64,000 nt of DNA from an uncultured Gammaproteobacteria bacterium. Its GTDB lineage: Bacteria; Patescibacteriota; Microgenomatia; Daviesbacterales; UBA10151. Positions 19,487 through 29,208 of this stretch are shown here, one piece after another. The stretch covers positions 1,545-65,544 of the forward strand of contig CAYMTV010000001.1 of NCBI GenBank assembly GCA_964393525.1. Reading direction: 5' to 3'. The notes beneath the pieces are model-generated. The model did not search any database and was not told where the DNA came from. It was given only the letters and a program-made list of their open reading frames with translations. A program made the translations under genes and the position numbers. Position 1 is the first letter of the stretch. The number at the start of each line of letters is the position of its first letter.

Positions 19487-20935
19487 ATGCTACCTAAAAA
19501 AATTGCCTTTGTTGATGTGGAAACAACCGGTGCAAGATGGTCTGACAGAATAATTGAAATTGGTATTGTCAGAGTTGAAGAGAATAAGGTGGTTCGGACA
19601 TATGAAACACTTATAAATCCAGGTTGTTATGTTCCAGAAGAAATACTGACCTTAACCGGCATTAACCCTGCTGAACTGGAGAATTCCCCAAGCTTCGGGC
19701 AAATAAAGCGAGAGATATTAGAGATTTTAGATGACAGCGTTTTTGTAGCTCACAACGTTCGTTTTGATTATTCTTTTATCAGGAATGAGTTTAAAAGAGA
19801 AGAAATCACCTTTAAACATAAGCATTTCTGCACGGTAAAACTCTCCCGGGCGCTTTTCCCAGAGCTTCCTCGTCACAATTTGGATAGCATAATTGAGTGT
19901 TTTGGATTCAAATGCCAAAGACGCCATCGGGCTTTAGATGATGCCAAAGTTTTGTACCAGTTTTGGGAGCATATTCAAAAGAAATTTTCTCAGGAGGAAA
20001 TTTTACTAAGCTTAAACAAAGCCCTCAAAAGACCCGCAATTCCAATAAAAATCTCCCAGGATGATTTGGACAACTTACCGGAAGCCCCCGGTGTATATAT
20101 CTTTTACGGAGAAAACGGGATGCCTTTATACGTCGGTAAATCTGTCAATATCAGGGATCGCATACTATCCCATTTTTCATCAGACCATCTTTCTTCAACC
20201 GAAATGAGAATCAGCCAGCAGATTCAAAGCATAGAGACAATTATTACGGCAGGGGAACTGGGAGCTTTGATCAAAGAAGCCAGTTTAATCAAACAAATGC
20301 AACCTTTATATAACAGAAAGCTTAGGCATTCAAGGCTAATGACAGTATTGAAAAGTAAGCAGACTGAAGATGGTTATCTAACGATTGAGATGGATACAGC
20401 AGGCAACATAGATATTAATCAACTGGATAGTGTTTTGGGAGTCTTCAGGAATAAAAAAAGTTGCAAAGATTTTTTAGTAAGCATAGCCAAAGAGTACGAG
20501 CTTTGCGAGCGGCTTTTAGGGGTGGATACGACTTTAAAATCCTGTTTTGGATATAGGTTAGGCAGATGCAAAGGAGCCTGTTTAGGAAAAGAGAAGTTCC
20601 CTAAATATAATATTAGGTTTATTGAAGCTTTCTCAAAAACTAAAATAGTCCCCTGGCCATTTGACGGACCGGCTGTGATTATGGAAAAAAATTCTGATGC
20701 TGATTTGCAAGAAGGGTTTGTTATAGATAAGTGGTGCTACTTGGGAAGCATTAAAGGTGCAGCTAGTGACAGCCTGGAAAAACTGGAAAAGGACTTGTGC
20801 TTTGACCTTGATACCTACAAGATATTACTTCAATATTTAGCATCGGGTAAAACTTTGAAAAACGTAAAATTGTTAAAGTCCGGTAGTTTTTACCCACGAA
20901 AAACCCCGCACGTAGCGGGGATTCTCGAGAACTAA
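19487..20935 (+). CDS. DnaQ-like 3'-5' exonuclease fused to GIY-YIG nuclease domain (Cho-like)
   Basis: DEDDh motifs FVDVETTG, HNVRFDYSF and HRALDDA, then a GIY-YIG segment GVYIFYGENGMPLYVGKS...R...H. Confidence 0.75.
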   Translation: MLPKKIAFVDVETTGARWSDRIIEIGIVRVEENKVVRTYETLINPGCYVPEEILTLTGINPAELENSPSFGQIKREILEILDDSVFVAHNVRFDYSFIRNEFKREEITFKHKHFCTVKLSRALFPELPRHNLDSIIECFGFKCQRRHRALDDAKVLYQFWEHIQKKFSQEEILLSLNKALKRPAIPIKISQDDLDNLPEAPGVYIFYGENGMPLYVGKSVNIRDRILSHFSSDHLSSTEMRISQQIQSIETIITAGELGALIKEASLIKQMQPLYNRKLRHSRLMTVLKSKQTEDGYLTIEMDTAGNIDINQLDSVLGVFRNKKSCKDFLVSIAKEYELCERLLGVDTTLKSCFGYRLGRCKGACLGKEKFPKYNIRFIEAFSKTKIVPWPFDGPAVIMEKNSDADLQEGFVIDKWCYLGSIKGAASDSLEKLEKDLCFDLDTYKILLQYLASGKTLKNVKLLKSGSFYPRKTPHVAGILEN

Positions 20936-21044
20936 CAAGGTTGTTAGCTTTGTATTTATAGCAAAATTACCCTTTTTCCGTCAACTGGAACAAAGTATAA
21001 CAAAGGGTACAGAGAAAAGCGTTCAGCGTACAGTTGATTTTTTC

Positions 21045-21070
21045 AACTATACGCTATACGCTATACGCTG
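21045..21070 (+). promoter_or_regulatory. Conserved upstream motif TTTTTCAACTATACGCTATACGCTA (copy 1), tandem TATACGC x3
   Basis: 25 nt identical to 31441-31465, immediately upstream of the rpiB ATG. Confidence 0.45.
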
Positions 21071-21580
21071 ATGAGAATCTACTTAGCCACTGACCACGCA
21101 GGATTTGAATTTAAAGAAAAAATTAAAGATTTTCTGAAAAAGGAAGGTTTTGAGCTAGAAGATTGCGGAGCTTATGAATATGATAAAGATGATGATTATC
21201 CGGACTTTATCTCCAAGGCGGCAGAAGCTGTCTCAAAAGACCCAGAAAATAGTATGGCAATAGTTTTAGGAGGATCCGGCCAGGGTGAGGCGATTGTCGC
21301 AAATAAGTTCAAAAATGTGAGATGTTCTATTTTTTATGGCCCATTGGTACCAGCTGAAGCCTCAGATATAAGCGGCAGAATCAGTGAGGATCCATTCGAA
21401 ATACTCAGACTTACAAGAGCACATAATAATTCAAACGCTTTATCTTTGGGTGCCAGATTTTTAACTGAAGACCAAGCACTAAAGGCTGTAAAATTTTTTT
21501 TGGAAACGCCATATACCGGTGAAGAAAGACACAAAAGAAGAATAAATAAGGTTAAAGAGATTGAAAAGAATATTTTATGA
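21071..21580 (+). CDS. rpiB: Ribose-5-phosphate isomerase B
   Basis: RpiB/LacAB family. MRIYLATDHAGFEFK, GGSGQGEAIVANK, 169 aa. Confidence 0.85.
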   Translation: MRIYLATDHAGFEFKEKIKDFLKKEGFELEDCGAYEYDKDDDYPDFISKAAEAVSKDPENSMAIVLGGSGQGEAIVANKFKNVRCSIFYGPLVPAEASDISGRISEDPFEILRLTRAHNNSNALSLGARFLTEDQALKAVKFFLETPYTGEERHKRRINKVKEIEKNIL

Positions 21581-22236
21581 TTCCGATCATTCCAGCTATT
21601 CTTTCGACTAGAGAAGAAGATTACTCAAGAGATATCAATCGTTATCAAAGTAATAACGTATTCAATAAAGGTTGGGTACATATTGATTTCATGGACAATA
21701 AATTTGTTCCAAATCAAAGTATTGAACCGAAAGTTATTGGAAAATATCCAATAAGTATGAAAAAAGAGGCCCATTTAATGGTGAAAGATTTTGATAGTTG
21801 GATACAGGAATTAGAAAAGGTTAATTTTGAAAGAATAATTATTCACTTTGAGGCTAGTGATGAGAGTCGGATTCGGGATGGGATACTATATTTGAAGAAT
21901 CATGGAATTGAATCCGGTTTAGCTTTTAACCCATCAACCGGTATCGAAAAAGTGACACCATTTTTAAGTGATTTGGATCTGGTTTTAATTATGGGGGTTG
22001 AACCAGGATTTCAAGGAAGCCCGTTTGTTGAAAATACTTATGATCGAGTGAAAAAAATGATTAAGCTTAAAAAAGGTAATACTTTACCAAAAATTGTTGT
22101 TGATGGTGGAGTTAGAGATTCTAATGCTAAACAATTAGTAGCGTCTGGTGTAGACTATTTAATAGTAGGCTCTTTTTTGCTAAAAGGAAATATAGATGAA
22201 AATTTTGAAAAACTTAAGAAAACGATTGACGGTTAA
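21577..22236 (+). CDS. rpe: Ribulose-phosphate 3-epimerase
   Basis: HIDFMDNKFVPN (HxDxMDG-type) and MGVEPGFQGS motifs, 219 aa. Confidence 0.85.
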   Translation: MIPIIPAILSTREEDYSRDINRYQSNNVFNKGWVHIDFMDNKFVPNQSIEPKVIGKYPISMKKEAHLMVKDFDSWIQELEKVNFERIIIHFEASDESRIRDGILYLKNHGIESGLAFNPSTGIEKVTPFLSDLDLVLIMGVEPGFQGSPFVENTYDRVKKMIKLKKGNTLPKIVVDGGVRDSNAKQLVASGVDYLIVGSFLLKGNIDENFEKLKKTIDG

Positions 22237-22888
22237 ACCACCTTTCTTCAAAGAAAAAGGTAAACCCCACAAAGCCCAAACCATCCAGGACATTGCAATT
22301 TTTGGCTATGCGGACACAGATGAAAATGATAGGCTTTATCAAAGTGTCTATAAAGTGGCAAAGGAGCTAGCGAAGGCCGGTTATACAGTCGTTAATGGTG
22401 GAGGCCCGGGAGTCATGCTAGCTGCAACTTTAGGGGCCAAAGCAGGAGGTGGAAAAGTGATCGGGGTAACGCTTTACCCAAAAGATATGAAAGAATTTGA
22501 AGGTAAAGACCCGGAAAATATGCTGGATGTGGAGATAAAAACCAACAGTTATATTGAAAGAACGTTAACTTTAATGAAGGAAGGGCAGGTATATGTTGTA
22601 TTTAAGGGAGGGACAGGAACGATCTCTGAGTTTGGCATGGCCTGGGGACTGGCAAGACTCTATTTTGGTCACCACAAACCCTTAATTTTATACGGGAAAT
22701 TCTGGAAAAAAATCATTGCAGCTTTTAAAGAAAATATGGCTTTGAGGCCGGAGGAACTCAAAGTATTTAAAATTGTTGATGAGCCTGAAGAAGTTTTGGA
22801 AGCAATTGAGGAGTTTGAGAAAGAAATTGAGAGAGGCGAGCATAACCACCGTATACGTGCTTCCAAAGGCGGAGATTTTAGTCTCTAA
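22196..22888 (+). CDS. LOG family protein (cytokinin riboside 5'-monophosphate phosphoribohydrolase-like)
   Basis: GGGPGVM and GGTGTISE (PGGxGTxxE) motifs. The 5' end overlaps rpe, so the start is uncertain. Confidence 0.7.
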   Translation: MKILKNLRKRLTVKPPFFKEKGKPHKAQTIQDIAIFGYADTDENDRLYQSVYKVAKELAKAGYTVVNGGGPGVMLAATLGAKAGGGKVIGVTLYPKDMKEFEGKDPENMLDVEIKTNSYIERTLTLMKEGQVYVVFKGGTGTISEFGMAWGLARLYFGHHKPLILYGKFWKKIIAAFKENMALRPEELKVFKIVDEPEEVLEAIEEFEKEIERGEHNHRIRASKGGDFSL

Positions 22889-22894
22889 CATAAA

Positions 22895-23752
22895 ATGTTA
22901 CTGTCCGACGAAAAAATCCAACAGCTTGAGTTAAAGGCAAATCAAATCCGTCAGGATATCATTAAGATGTTACTTGAGGCAGGTTCAGGGCATTCCGCAG
23001 GGCCATTGGGAATGGCGGATATCTTCACTGCTTTATACTTTCATATTTTAAATCATGACCCCAAAAACCCTAAATGGGAAGAACGGGATAGGCTGGTTTT
23101 ATCAAATGGCCATATCTGTCCGGTTTTATATGCTACTTTAGCCCACGCCCACTACTTTACTATTCACGAGCTTAAAACTTTAAGGATGCTTGGAACCAGG
23201 TTGCAGGGTCATCCTCATAGAGTTGCTCTACCCGGTTTGGAAACTACCTCAGGGCCTTTGGGTTCCGGACTGTCACAAGCTGCAGGGATGGCCTATGTTG
23301 CCAAAATGGATGATTTACCCTGGAGGGTTTATTGCATAACTTCTGATGGGGAACATGATGAAGGAAATACTTGGGAAGGGATCATGTTTGCCGGCAAATA
23401 TAAATTAAATAAATTAACTGTAATTTTGGATAGAAATAATATCCAAATAGATGGATTCACAGAAGATGTTATGCCCTTGGAGAACTTGCGGGCAAAGTAT
23501 GAAGCTTTTAACTGGCATGTTACAGAAATAGACGGGCATAATACTAGGGAAATTATTGATGCCTGCGAAGAAGCCAAAGCGATTTATGAAAAACCTACTT
23601 TAATTATTGCACATACTATTCCTGGCAAGGGTGTGGATTTTATGGAGAATGATTTTACCTGGCACGGCAAACCGCCTGATAAAGAGCAGGCAAAGAAAGC
23701 ATTAAAAGAATTAAGAACTTTACAGGGAAAGATAAGGAGTGAGCATGAGTAA
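22895..23752 (+). CDS. tkt: Transketolase, N-terminal subunit (split tkt)
   Basis: TPP-binding HSAGPLGMADIF and GDG...N motifs, 285 aa. Confidence 0.85.
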   Translation: MLLSDEKIQQLELKANQIRQDIIKMLLEAGSGHSAGPLGMADIFTALYFHILNHDPKNPKWEERDRLVLSNGHICPVLYATLAHAHYFTIHELKTLRMLGTRLQGHPHRVALPGLETTSGPLGSGLSQAAGMAYVAKMDDLPWRVYCITSDGEHDEGNTWEGIMFAGKYKLNKLTVILDRNNIQIDGFTEDVMPLENLRAKYEAFNWHVTEIDGHNTREIIDACEEAKAIYEKPTLIIAHTIPGKGVDFMENDFTWHGKPPDKEQAKKALKELRTLQGKIRSEHE

Positions 23753-23960
23753 TCGAAATATAATAGGTGCTGTTTTCGTAGTGGCTGGGACACTTTCTTT
23801 AAAAGATTACTTTAAAGGGGGAGGTATTAATTTCAAAAGAAAAGGTTTTGATGCGCTTAATGCTTTTTACGGGGACGAAGTTAAAAGGAGTGATAGGATC
23901 AGGTTATTATCACTCGGACTTTTTAGTTTAATTTCAGGTTTAGTTTTGATTTTCCTTTAG
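23739..23960 (+). CDS. Small 2-TM membrane protein between the transketolase halves
   Basis: 73-aa ORF that exactly fills the gap. Its start overlaps the tktN stop (ATGA), with two hydrophobic helices. Confidence 0.35.
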   Translation: MSMSNRNIIGAVFVVAGTLSLKDYFKGGGINFKRKGFDALNAFYGDEVKRSDRIRLLSLGLFSLISGLVLIFL

Positions 23961-23968
23961 AGTTAAAA

Positions 23969-25003
23969 ATGATTCACCAAAAAGCCTATCTAAATCCAAA
24001 ACTGTTTGATAAAGATATAGAACAAATTCCTTCCAGGAAAGGGTTTGGGGAAGGGTTGGTTTTAGCAGGGGAAGAGAATAAAAATGTTGTAGGGCTTTGT
24101 GCGGATTTAACGGAAAGCACAAAGATGGATAAGTTTAAGGAAAAATTTCCTGATCGCTTTATCGAAGTTGGGGTAGCTGAGCAAAATTTGGTAACAGTTG
24201 CCTCAGGCATGGCAGCAGCCGGAAAAATTCCTTTTGTTTCCTCCTATGCAACTTTTTCTCCGGGAAGAAACTGGGAACAAATAAGAACTACTATTTGTTA
24301 CAATGACCGGCCTGTCAAGATAGTGGGTTCCCATGCAGGAATATCGGTTGGTCCAGATGGAGCAACCCATCAGGCCTTAGAGGATATTGCGTTAATGCGG
24401 GTACTGCCAAATATGGTGGTGATAGTCCCAGCAGATGCAATTGAAGCTAGAAAAGCCACAGTGGCTATGGCCCATGACCCAAAACCTAATTATTTAAGAT
24501 TATCCCGGGCTGATGTTTCTGTTATCACCACAGAACAAACTCCTTTTGAAATTGGTAAAGCCGAAGTTTTCCATGAAGGTAATCCTTCGACTCCCTCTGG
24601 TCGCTCAGGACGCTTCGCGCATGTAACAGTAATCGCTTGTGGGCAGATGGTTTATCAAGCTTTGCTGGCTGCACATGAATTACAAAAGGCTGAAAGAGGT
24701 AAAATTAGTGTTCGAGTAATAAATTGCCACACAATCAAACCTTTGGATAAAAAAACAATCCTAAAAGCTGCCGAAGAAACCGGTGCAATTGTTACGGCAG
24801 AAGAACATCAAGTTCATGGAGGATTTGGATCTGCTATTGCTGAACTTGTTTCACAACACTACCCGATCCCCATAAAAATGGTAGGAATAGAGGACCACTT
24901 TGGCGAGTCAGGCGAGCCACATGAATTATTAGAAAAGTTTGGACTTTTAAAAAAGGATATTATTAAAGCTATAACTCAAGTATTAAGACTAAAGAACAAA
25001 TGA
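23969..25003 (+). CDS. tkt: Transketolase, C-terminal subunit (split tkt)
   Basis: Pyrimidine-binding and C-terminal domains (FIEVGVAEQN, GSHAGISVGPDGATHQ), 344 aa. Confidence 0.85.
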   Translation: MIHQKAYLNPKLFDKDIEQIPSRKGFGEGLVLAGEENKNVVGLCADLTESTKMDKFKEKFPDRFIEVGVAEQNLVTVASGMAAAGKIPFVSSYATFSPGRNWEQIRTTICYNDRPVKIVGSHAGISVGPDGATHQALEDIALMRVLPNMVVIVPADAIEARKATVAMAHDPKPNYLRLSRADVSVITTEQTPFEIGKAEVFHEGNPSTPSGRSGRFAHVTVIACGQMVYQALLAAHELQKAERGKISVRVINCHTIKPLDKKTILKAAEETGAIVTAEEHQVHGGFGSAIAELVSQHYPIPIKMVGIEDHFGESGEPHELLEKFGLLKKDIIKAITQVLRLKNK

Positions 25004-25087
25004 ACTATCGCGGACAATACACCCAATTTGCTTTGCAAATTGCAAAAGTCCGCGGTATCCTCAAGAAAGTTCTTTTCAGCGGCTTCA

Positions 25088-25114
25088 TCCGGGTTCTGAG
25101 AGAACCCGGTTTTC
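25088..25114 (+). terminator. Rho-independent terminator after tkt
   Basis: CCGGGTTCT-GAG-AGAACCCGG 9-bp stem followed by TTTTCG. Confidence 0.5.
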
Positions 25115-25224
25115 GCACGCTGAAAATACATTCTTAGGTGTCTAGCCATCCCACACCGGGCGTGTGTATGTGAGTTTATTATTAGAGCTGGTTATGAATT
25201 ATTAAAGTTTGATAAGATGGAACT

Positions 25225-25386
25225 ATGGAGTGTGCAGTTTGTAATGGAATAACCGCAGCGGTTCAAGTAATATTTTTATCTATTTTTTACCTTTTTGTAA
25301 TGATTGTAAACTTAGGTATAGCTATAATCGATTGGGTTATTCATACCCTTACTAAAGAGTCTTCTCCAAAAAATTCCGGCACTTGA
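25225..25386 (+). CDS. Possible small membrane protein with N-terminal CxxC
   Basis: 53-aa ORF MECAVCNG plus one TM helix. Below the ORF-track length cutoff. It lies in the leader of the copper island and has no homology support. Confidence 0.2.
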   Translation: MECAVCNGITAAVQVIFLSIFYLFVMIVNLGIAIIDWVIHTLTKESSPKNSGT

Positions 25387-25409
25387 TTTAAAAGATTTTT
25401 AGTTTTATT

Positions 25410-25430
25410 ATATCCCCAGAGGGGGGATAT
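25410..25430 (+). promoter_or_regulatory. CsoR-type operator palindrome ATATCCCC-N-GGGGATAT
   Basis: GC-core inverted repeat abutting the csoR start codon, resembling known CsoR boxes. Confidence 0.45.
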
Positions 25431-25431
25431 T

Positions 25432-25704
25432 ATGACTTTTAAACCAAGAGATATCCATGAGCGCATTTTACATAGGTTAAAAATCACCAAAGGTCATCTA
25501 AATAAGGTGATTAAAATGAATGAGGATGGGGAGTATTGCATTAATGTTCTTCACCAATCTCAGGCAGTTCAAAAAGCCCTAAAAGAAATTGATAACTTAA
25601 TTTTAGAAAACCATCTGAAAACTTGTGCTGCCCATGCAATAAAACAAGGCAATAGTGAAGAAGCAATCTCTGAGGTGATGAGTGTTTTCAGAAAAAAGAC
25701 TTAA
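25432..25704 (+). CDS. csoR: CsoR/RcnR family metal-sensing repressor
   Basis: 90-aa all-helical protein with the C...H...C signature (YCINVLHQ, HLKTCAAH). Confidence 0.75.
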   Translation: MTFKPRDIHERILHRLKITKGHLNKVIKMNEDGEYCINVLHQSQAVQKALKEIDNLILENHLKTCAAHAIKQGNSEEAISEVMSVFRKKT

Positions 25705-25733
25705 CCCAAAATATTGAACGATCGTTTAAGTTT

Positions 25734-26105
25734 TTGGAAAAAAATATGAAAATAGATCAGATTTTAGTTATTATTTTTGGGATTTTAGGGATTGGATTTG
25801 TTTACTGGTTTTTCCTGATGAGGAAAGAAAAGACAGTTGAGGCTTCGGATTCAATCGATATTACCGTTGAAGGAGGCTATAAGCCGGAAGTAATTAAAGT
25901 CCAAAATAACATAACTACAAAATTAAATTTTATTCGCAAAGACCCTTCAACCTGCCTAGAAGAGGTTGTACTGAGTGATTTTAAAATCAAAAAATACCTG
26001 CCGTTAAATCAAAAAACCACCATAGAAATTACTCCAAAAAAAGTAGGCGAGTTCCCTTTTTCCTGCGGGATGAATATGTTCCATGGGAAGCTAATTGTTG
26101 AGTGA
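25734..26105 (+). CDS. Membrane-anchored cupredoxin-like copper-binding protein
   Basis: N-terminal TM helix. The C-terminal KLNFIRKD...[14 protein letters not shown] is paralogous to the C-terminus of the 29209 ORF, with conserved Cys/Met/His. Confidence 0.45.
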   Translation: MEKNMKIDQILVIIFGILGIGFVYWFFLMRKEKTVEASDSIDITVEGGYKPEVIKVQNNITTKLNFIRKDPSTCLEEVVLSDFKIKKYLPLNQKTTIEITPKKVGEFPFSCGMNMFHGKLIVE

Positions 26106-28336
26106 GTATGAAAAGAACATTCCCAATCAAAGGCATGCACTGTGCTAGCTGTGTTCGGGTAACTGAAAAGGCTTTATCAAAAATCCCCGGAATAGCTTTA
26201 GCAAACGTTAATCTGGCAACAGAGAAAGCCACTATAGAATATGATTCGGCCTCGGTAGATGATGAAAAGATCAAATCAGCTATTTCAAGCGTGGGGTATG
26301 AAGCAATGCTTAATGAGGAAGTTGAAACAGAAGACAAGAATAAAATAGAGAAACAAAAAGAATTAGACAGGCTTAAGCTACAGGTTTTTGTAAGTTTATC
26401 GATTGGAGTGTTAATAGTTCTTGAATTGCTTCCATTTGCCAAGCCCCTACATCACCTGCTTTTTCCCAATGAGTTTATTACTCTTTTGGCAGCATCATTA
26501 GTGCAATTTTGGCCTGGACTTCAGTTTTACAGGGCAGCGATACCTGCGCTAAAAAACCGGCTGGCCAACATGGATACTCTGGTAATGATCGGTACGAGCG
26601 CAGCTTATCTTTATTCGGCAACTGCTGTTTTATTCCCTCAAATCTTTGAACTAGCCGGAATAGAACCCGAGCCTTATTTTGATGTTGCGGTTATTATAAT
26701 TGGATTGATTCTTTTGGGAAGGTATTTTGAGGCAAGGGCAAAAATGGGTACTTCTGAGGCAATTAAAAAATTAATCGGGTTACAGGCTAAAACCGCCAGA
26801 GTTTTGAGACTAGGGAAGGAAGTCGACATTCCAATTACCGAGGTAGTAAAAGGAGATATCATCCGGGTACGACCTGGAGAGAAAATTCCGGTTGACGGTG
26901 TAATTACCGAAGGTCAGTCAAGTGTTGATGAATCAATGGTGACAGGTGAGAGTATTCCGGTCGATAAAGCTAAGGGAGATACAGTAATTGGTGCAACAAT
27001 TAATAAATCCGGAACTTTTACTTTTAAAGCGACCAAGGTTGGAAAAGATACTATGCTTGCCCAGATTATTAAATTGGTTGAAGAAGCCCAAGGCAGTAAG
27101 GCTCCTATTCAACGGATTGCCGATTTAATTTCTTCTTATTTCGTACCAATTGTGATCATGCTTGCTGTAGCCACTTTTGTTGTCTGGTATATTTTTGGTC
27201 CACAACCTGCTTTTTTGTATGCGGTATTAAACACAGTGGCTGTATTAATAATTGCCTGTCCTTGTGCAATGGGATTGGCTACTCCGACCGCGATAATGGT
27301 GGGAACCGGCAAAGGGGCGGAACACGGCATATTAATTAAGGACGCCGAAAGCCTGGAGATTGCCCATAAAGTAAGTACCATAATCTTTGACAAAACCGGG
27401 ACCTTAACCAAGGGCCAACCTGAGGTTACAGACATTGTAGTAAATAACAAGATACAAGCGACGAGAGATAAGTTATTACAGATTGCAGCATCAATTGAAA
27501 AGGGATCCGAACATTCACTGGCCGAGGCAATAGTTAAAAAAGCTGAAGAAGAAAAACTTAATTTAAGCAAAGTTGAAAGATTTAAAGCCATTGCCGGGCA
27601 AGGGGTTGAGGGCTATATCAATAATCGAAAAGTTGCATTAGGTAACAGAAAATTAATGGACAGTGAGAAAATTAATTACTCAAAATTAATTGATGAAGTA
27701 GAAAAATTGGAAAATCAGGGCAAGACAGTAATGTTTCTTGCTCAAAATGGTAGTCTCGCCGGACTTATTGCAGTAGCAGATACATTAAAAGACACTGCGA
27801 AAGAGGCGGTAAGTGCTTTAGAAAAGCAAGGCATTGAAACCATAATGATTACCGGAGATAACCAAAGAACAGCCCAGGCAATTGCTAAACAAACCGGTGT
27901 TAAAAGGTTTATTGCCGAAGTTTTGCCAGACCAAAAGGAAACCGAAGTGAGAAAAATCCAGAAGGAAGGTAAGGTTGTGGCAATGGTGGGGGATGGAATT
28001 AATGATGCTCCGGCTTTGGCTCAAGCCGATATCGGGATTGCCATGGGTACTGGGACAGATGTAGCAATGGAGTCGGCAGATATAACCTTAATAAATAAAG
28101 ACTTAAGGTCGATCGTTTCTACAATCAAGCTTTCCAAGCAAACCATGCGGGTCATAAAGCTGAATCTTTTCTGGGCTTTTGGCTATAACGTTATTTTGAT
28201 TCCTGTGGCAATGGGACTTTTATATCCTTTCTTTGGGATTTTACTAAACCCGATTCTAGCATCAGCTGCAATGGCTATGTCTTCAATTTCGGTTGTTGGC
28301 AACTCCTTACTTTTGAAAAAAGCTAATTTGACATAA
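26102..28336 (+). CDS. copA: Copper-translocating P1B-type ATPase
   Basis: HMA domain GMHCASC, CPC motif, [15 protein letters not shown], 744 aa. Confidence 0.9.
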   Translation: MSMKRTFPIKGMHCASCVRVTEKALSKIPGIALANVNLATEKATIEYDSASVDDEKIKSAISSVGYEAMLNEEVETEDKNKIEKQKELDRLKLQVFVSLSIGVLIVLELLPFAKPLHHLLFPNEFITLLAASLVQFWPGLQFYRAAIPALKNRLANMDTLVMIGTSAAYLYSATAVLFPQIFELAGIEPEPYFDVAVIIIGLILLGRYFEARAKMGTSEAIKKLIGLQAKTARVLRLGKEVDIPITEVVKGDIIRVRPGEKIPVDGVITEGQSSVDESMVTGESIPVDKAKGDTVIGATINKSGTFTFKATKVGKDTMLAQIIKLVEEAQGSKAPIQRIADLISSYFVPIVIMLAVATFVVWYIFGPQPAFLYAVLNTVAVLIIACPCAMGLATPTAIMVGTGKGAEHGILIKDAESLEIAHKVSTIIFDKTGTLTKGQPEVTDIVVNNKIQATRDKLLQIAASIEKGSEHSLAEAIVKKAEEEKLNLSKVERFKAIAGQGVEGYINNRKVALGNRKLMDSEKINYSKLIDEVEKLENQGKTVMFLAQNGSLAGLIAVADTLKDTAKEAVSALEKQGIETIMITGDNQRTAQAIAKQTGVKRFIAEVLPDQKETEVRKIQKEGKVVAMVGDGINDAPALAQADIGIAMGTGTDVAMESADITLINKDLRSIVSTIKLSKQTMRVIKLNLFWAFGYNVILIPVAMGLLYPFFGILLNPILASAAMAMSSISVVGNSLLLKKANLT

Positions 28337-28358
28337 CTTAACCATTAATATTAAACTG

Positions 28359-29135
28359 ATGGTCAAATTCAACATGGAAAAAGGATCAACATTTCTTTCG
28401 GTTCCCACCTCAATCCTGATTGGATCGGTCATAATTGCCGTAGCCATTTTAATAAGCGGCGGGGTAATCAAGTTTAAAGGTGCAATCCAAAAAATCGCTG
28501 ATAATACCGGAATAGTTCAAGCAACTCCAGTGCCTGAGCCGCAGGAGGAAGATACAGGGCCGGTTAAGGTATCTTTAGATGATGATCCTGTTTTAGGTAA
28601 TAAGAACGCTCCTGTGACTATAGTCGAATTCTCTGATTATGAGTGCCCATTTTGTAAAAGATATTTTGACCAGACACTGCCACAAATTAAAAAAGATTAT
28701 ATAGATACCGGTAAGGTAAAAGTTGTATACAGAGATTTACCGCTTTCGTTTCATGACCCAATGGCTACAACCGAAGCAATTGCTGCAAATTGCGCCAGAG
28801 AACAGGGTGGGGATGAAACATATTTCAAATTCCATGATGAGATGTTTAAAAGAACAACCTCAAACGGAAATGGTTTATCAAAAGATGATTTGACCCAGAT
28901 TGCCCAGGATTTGGGTTTAAACTCGGCTAATTTAAAAGCATGCGTAGATACCGAGAAATATAAGGTTGAAGTCTCCAAAGACTTAGCCGATGCGGAAGGC
29001 TATGGTGCATCCGGGACGCCTACCTTCTTCATTGGAAAATCGGAATCGGGTAAAGAAATAGCAGGTACAATGTTAGTCGGAGCCCAACCATATAATGCTT
29101 TCAAGACTTTGATTGACCAAGAACTTACGAGATAA
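28359..29135 (+). CDS. DsbA-like thiol:disulfide oxidoreductase, membrane-anchored
   Basis: CPFC active site within a thioredoxin fold, with an N-terminal TM helix. Confidence 0.75.
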   Translation: MVKFNMEKGSTFLSVPTSILIGSVIIAVAILISGGVIKFKGAIQKIADNTGIVQATPVPEPQEEDTGPVKVSLDDDPVLGNKNAPVTIVEFSDYECPFCKRYFDQTLPQIKKDYIDTGKVKVVYRDLPLSFHDPMATTEAIAANCAREQGGDETYFKFHDEMFKRTTSNGNGLSKDDLTQIAQDLGLNSANLKACVDTEKYKVEVSKDLADAEGYGASGTPTFFIGKSESGKEIAGTMLVGAQPYNAFKTLIDQELTR

Positions 29136-29208
29136 AAAAAACATTTTTAAAAGATAGAAGTTTTTGCTGGACTTTTCGGCACTTCTGACTATTTGATCAA
29201 TTTTAAGG

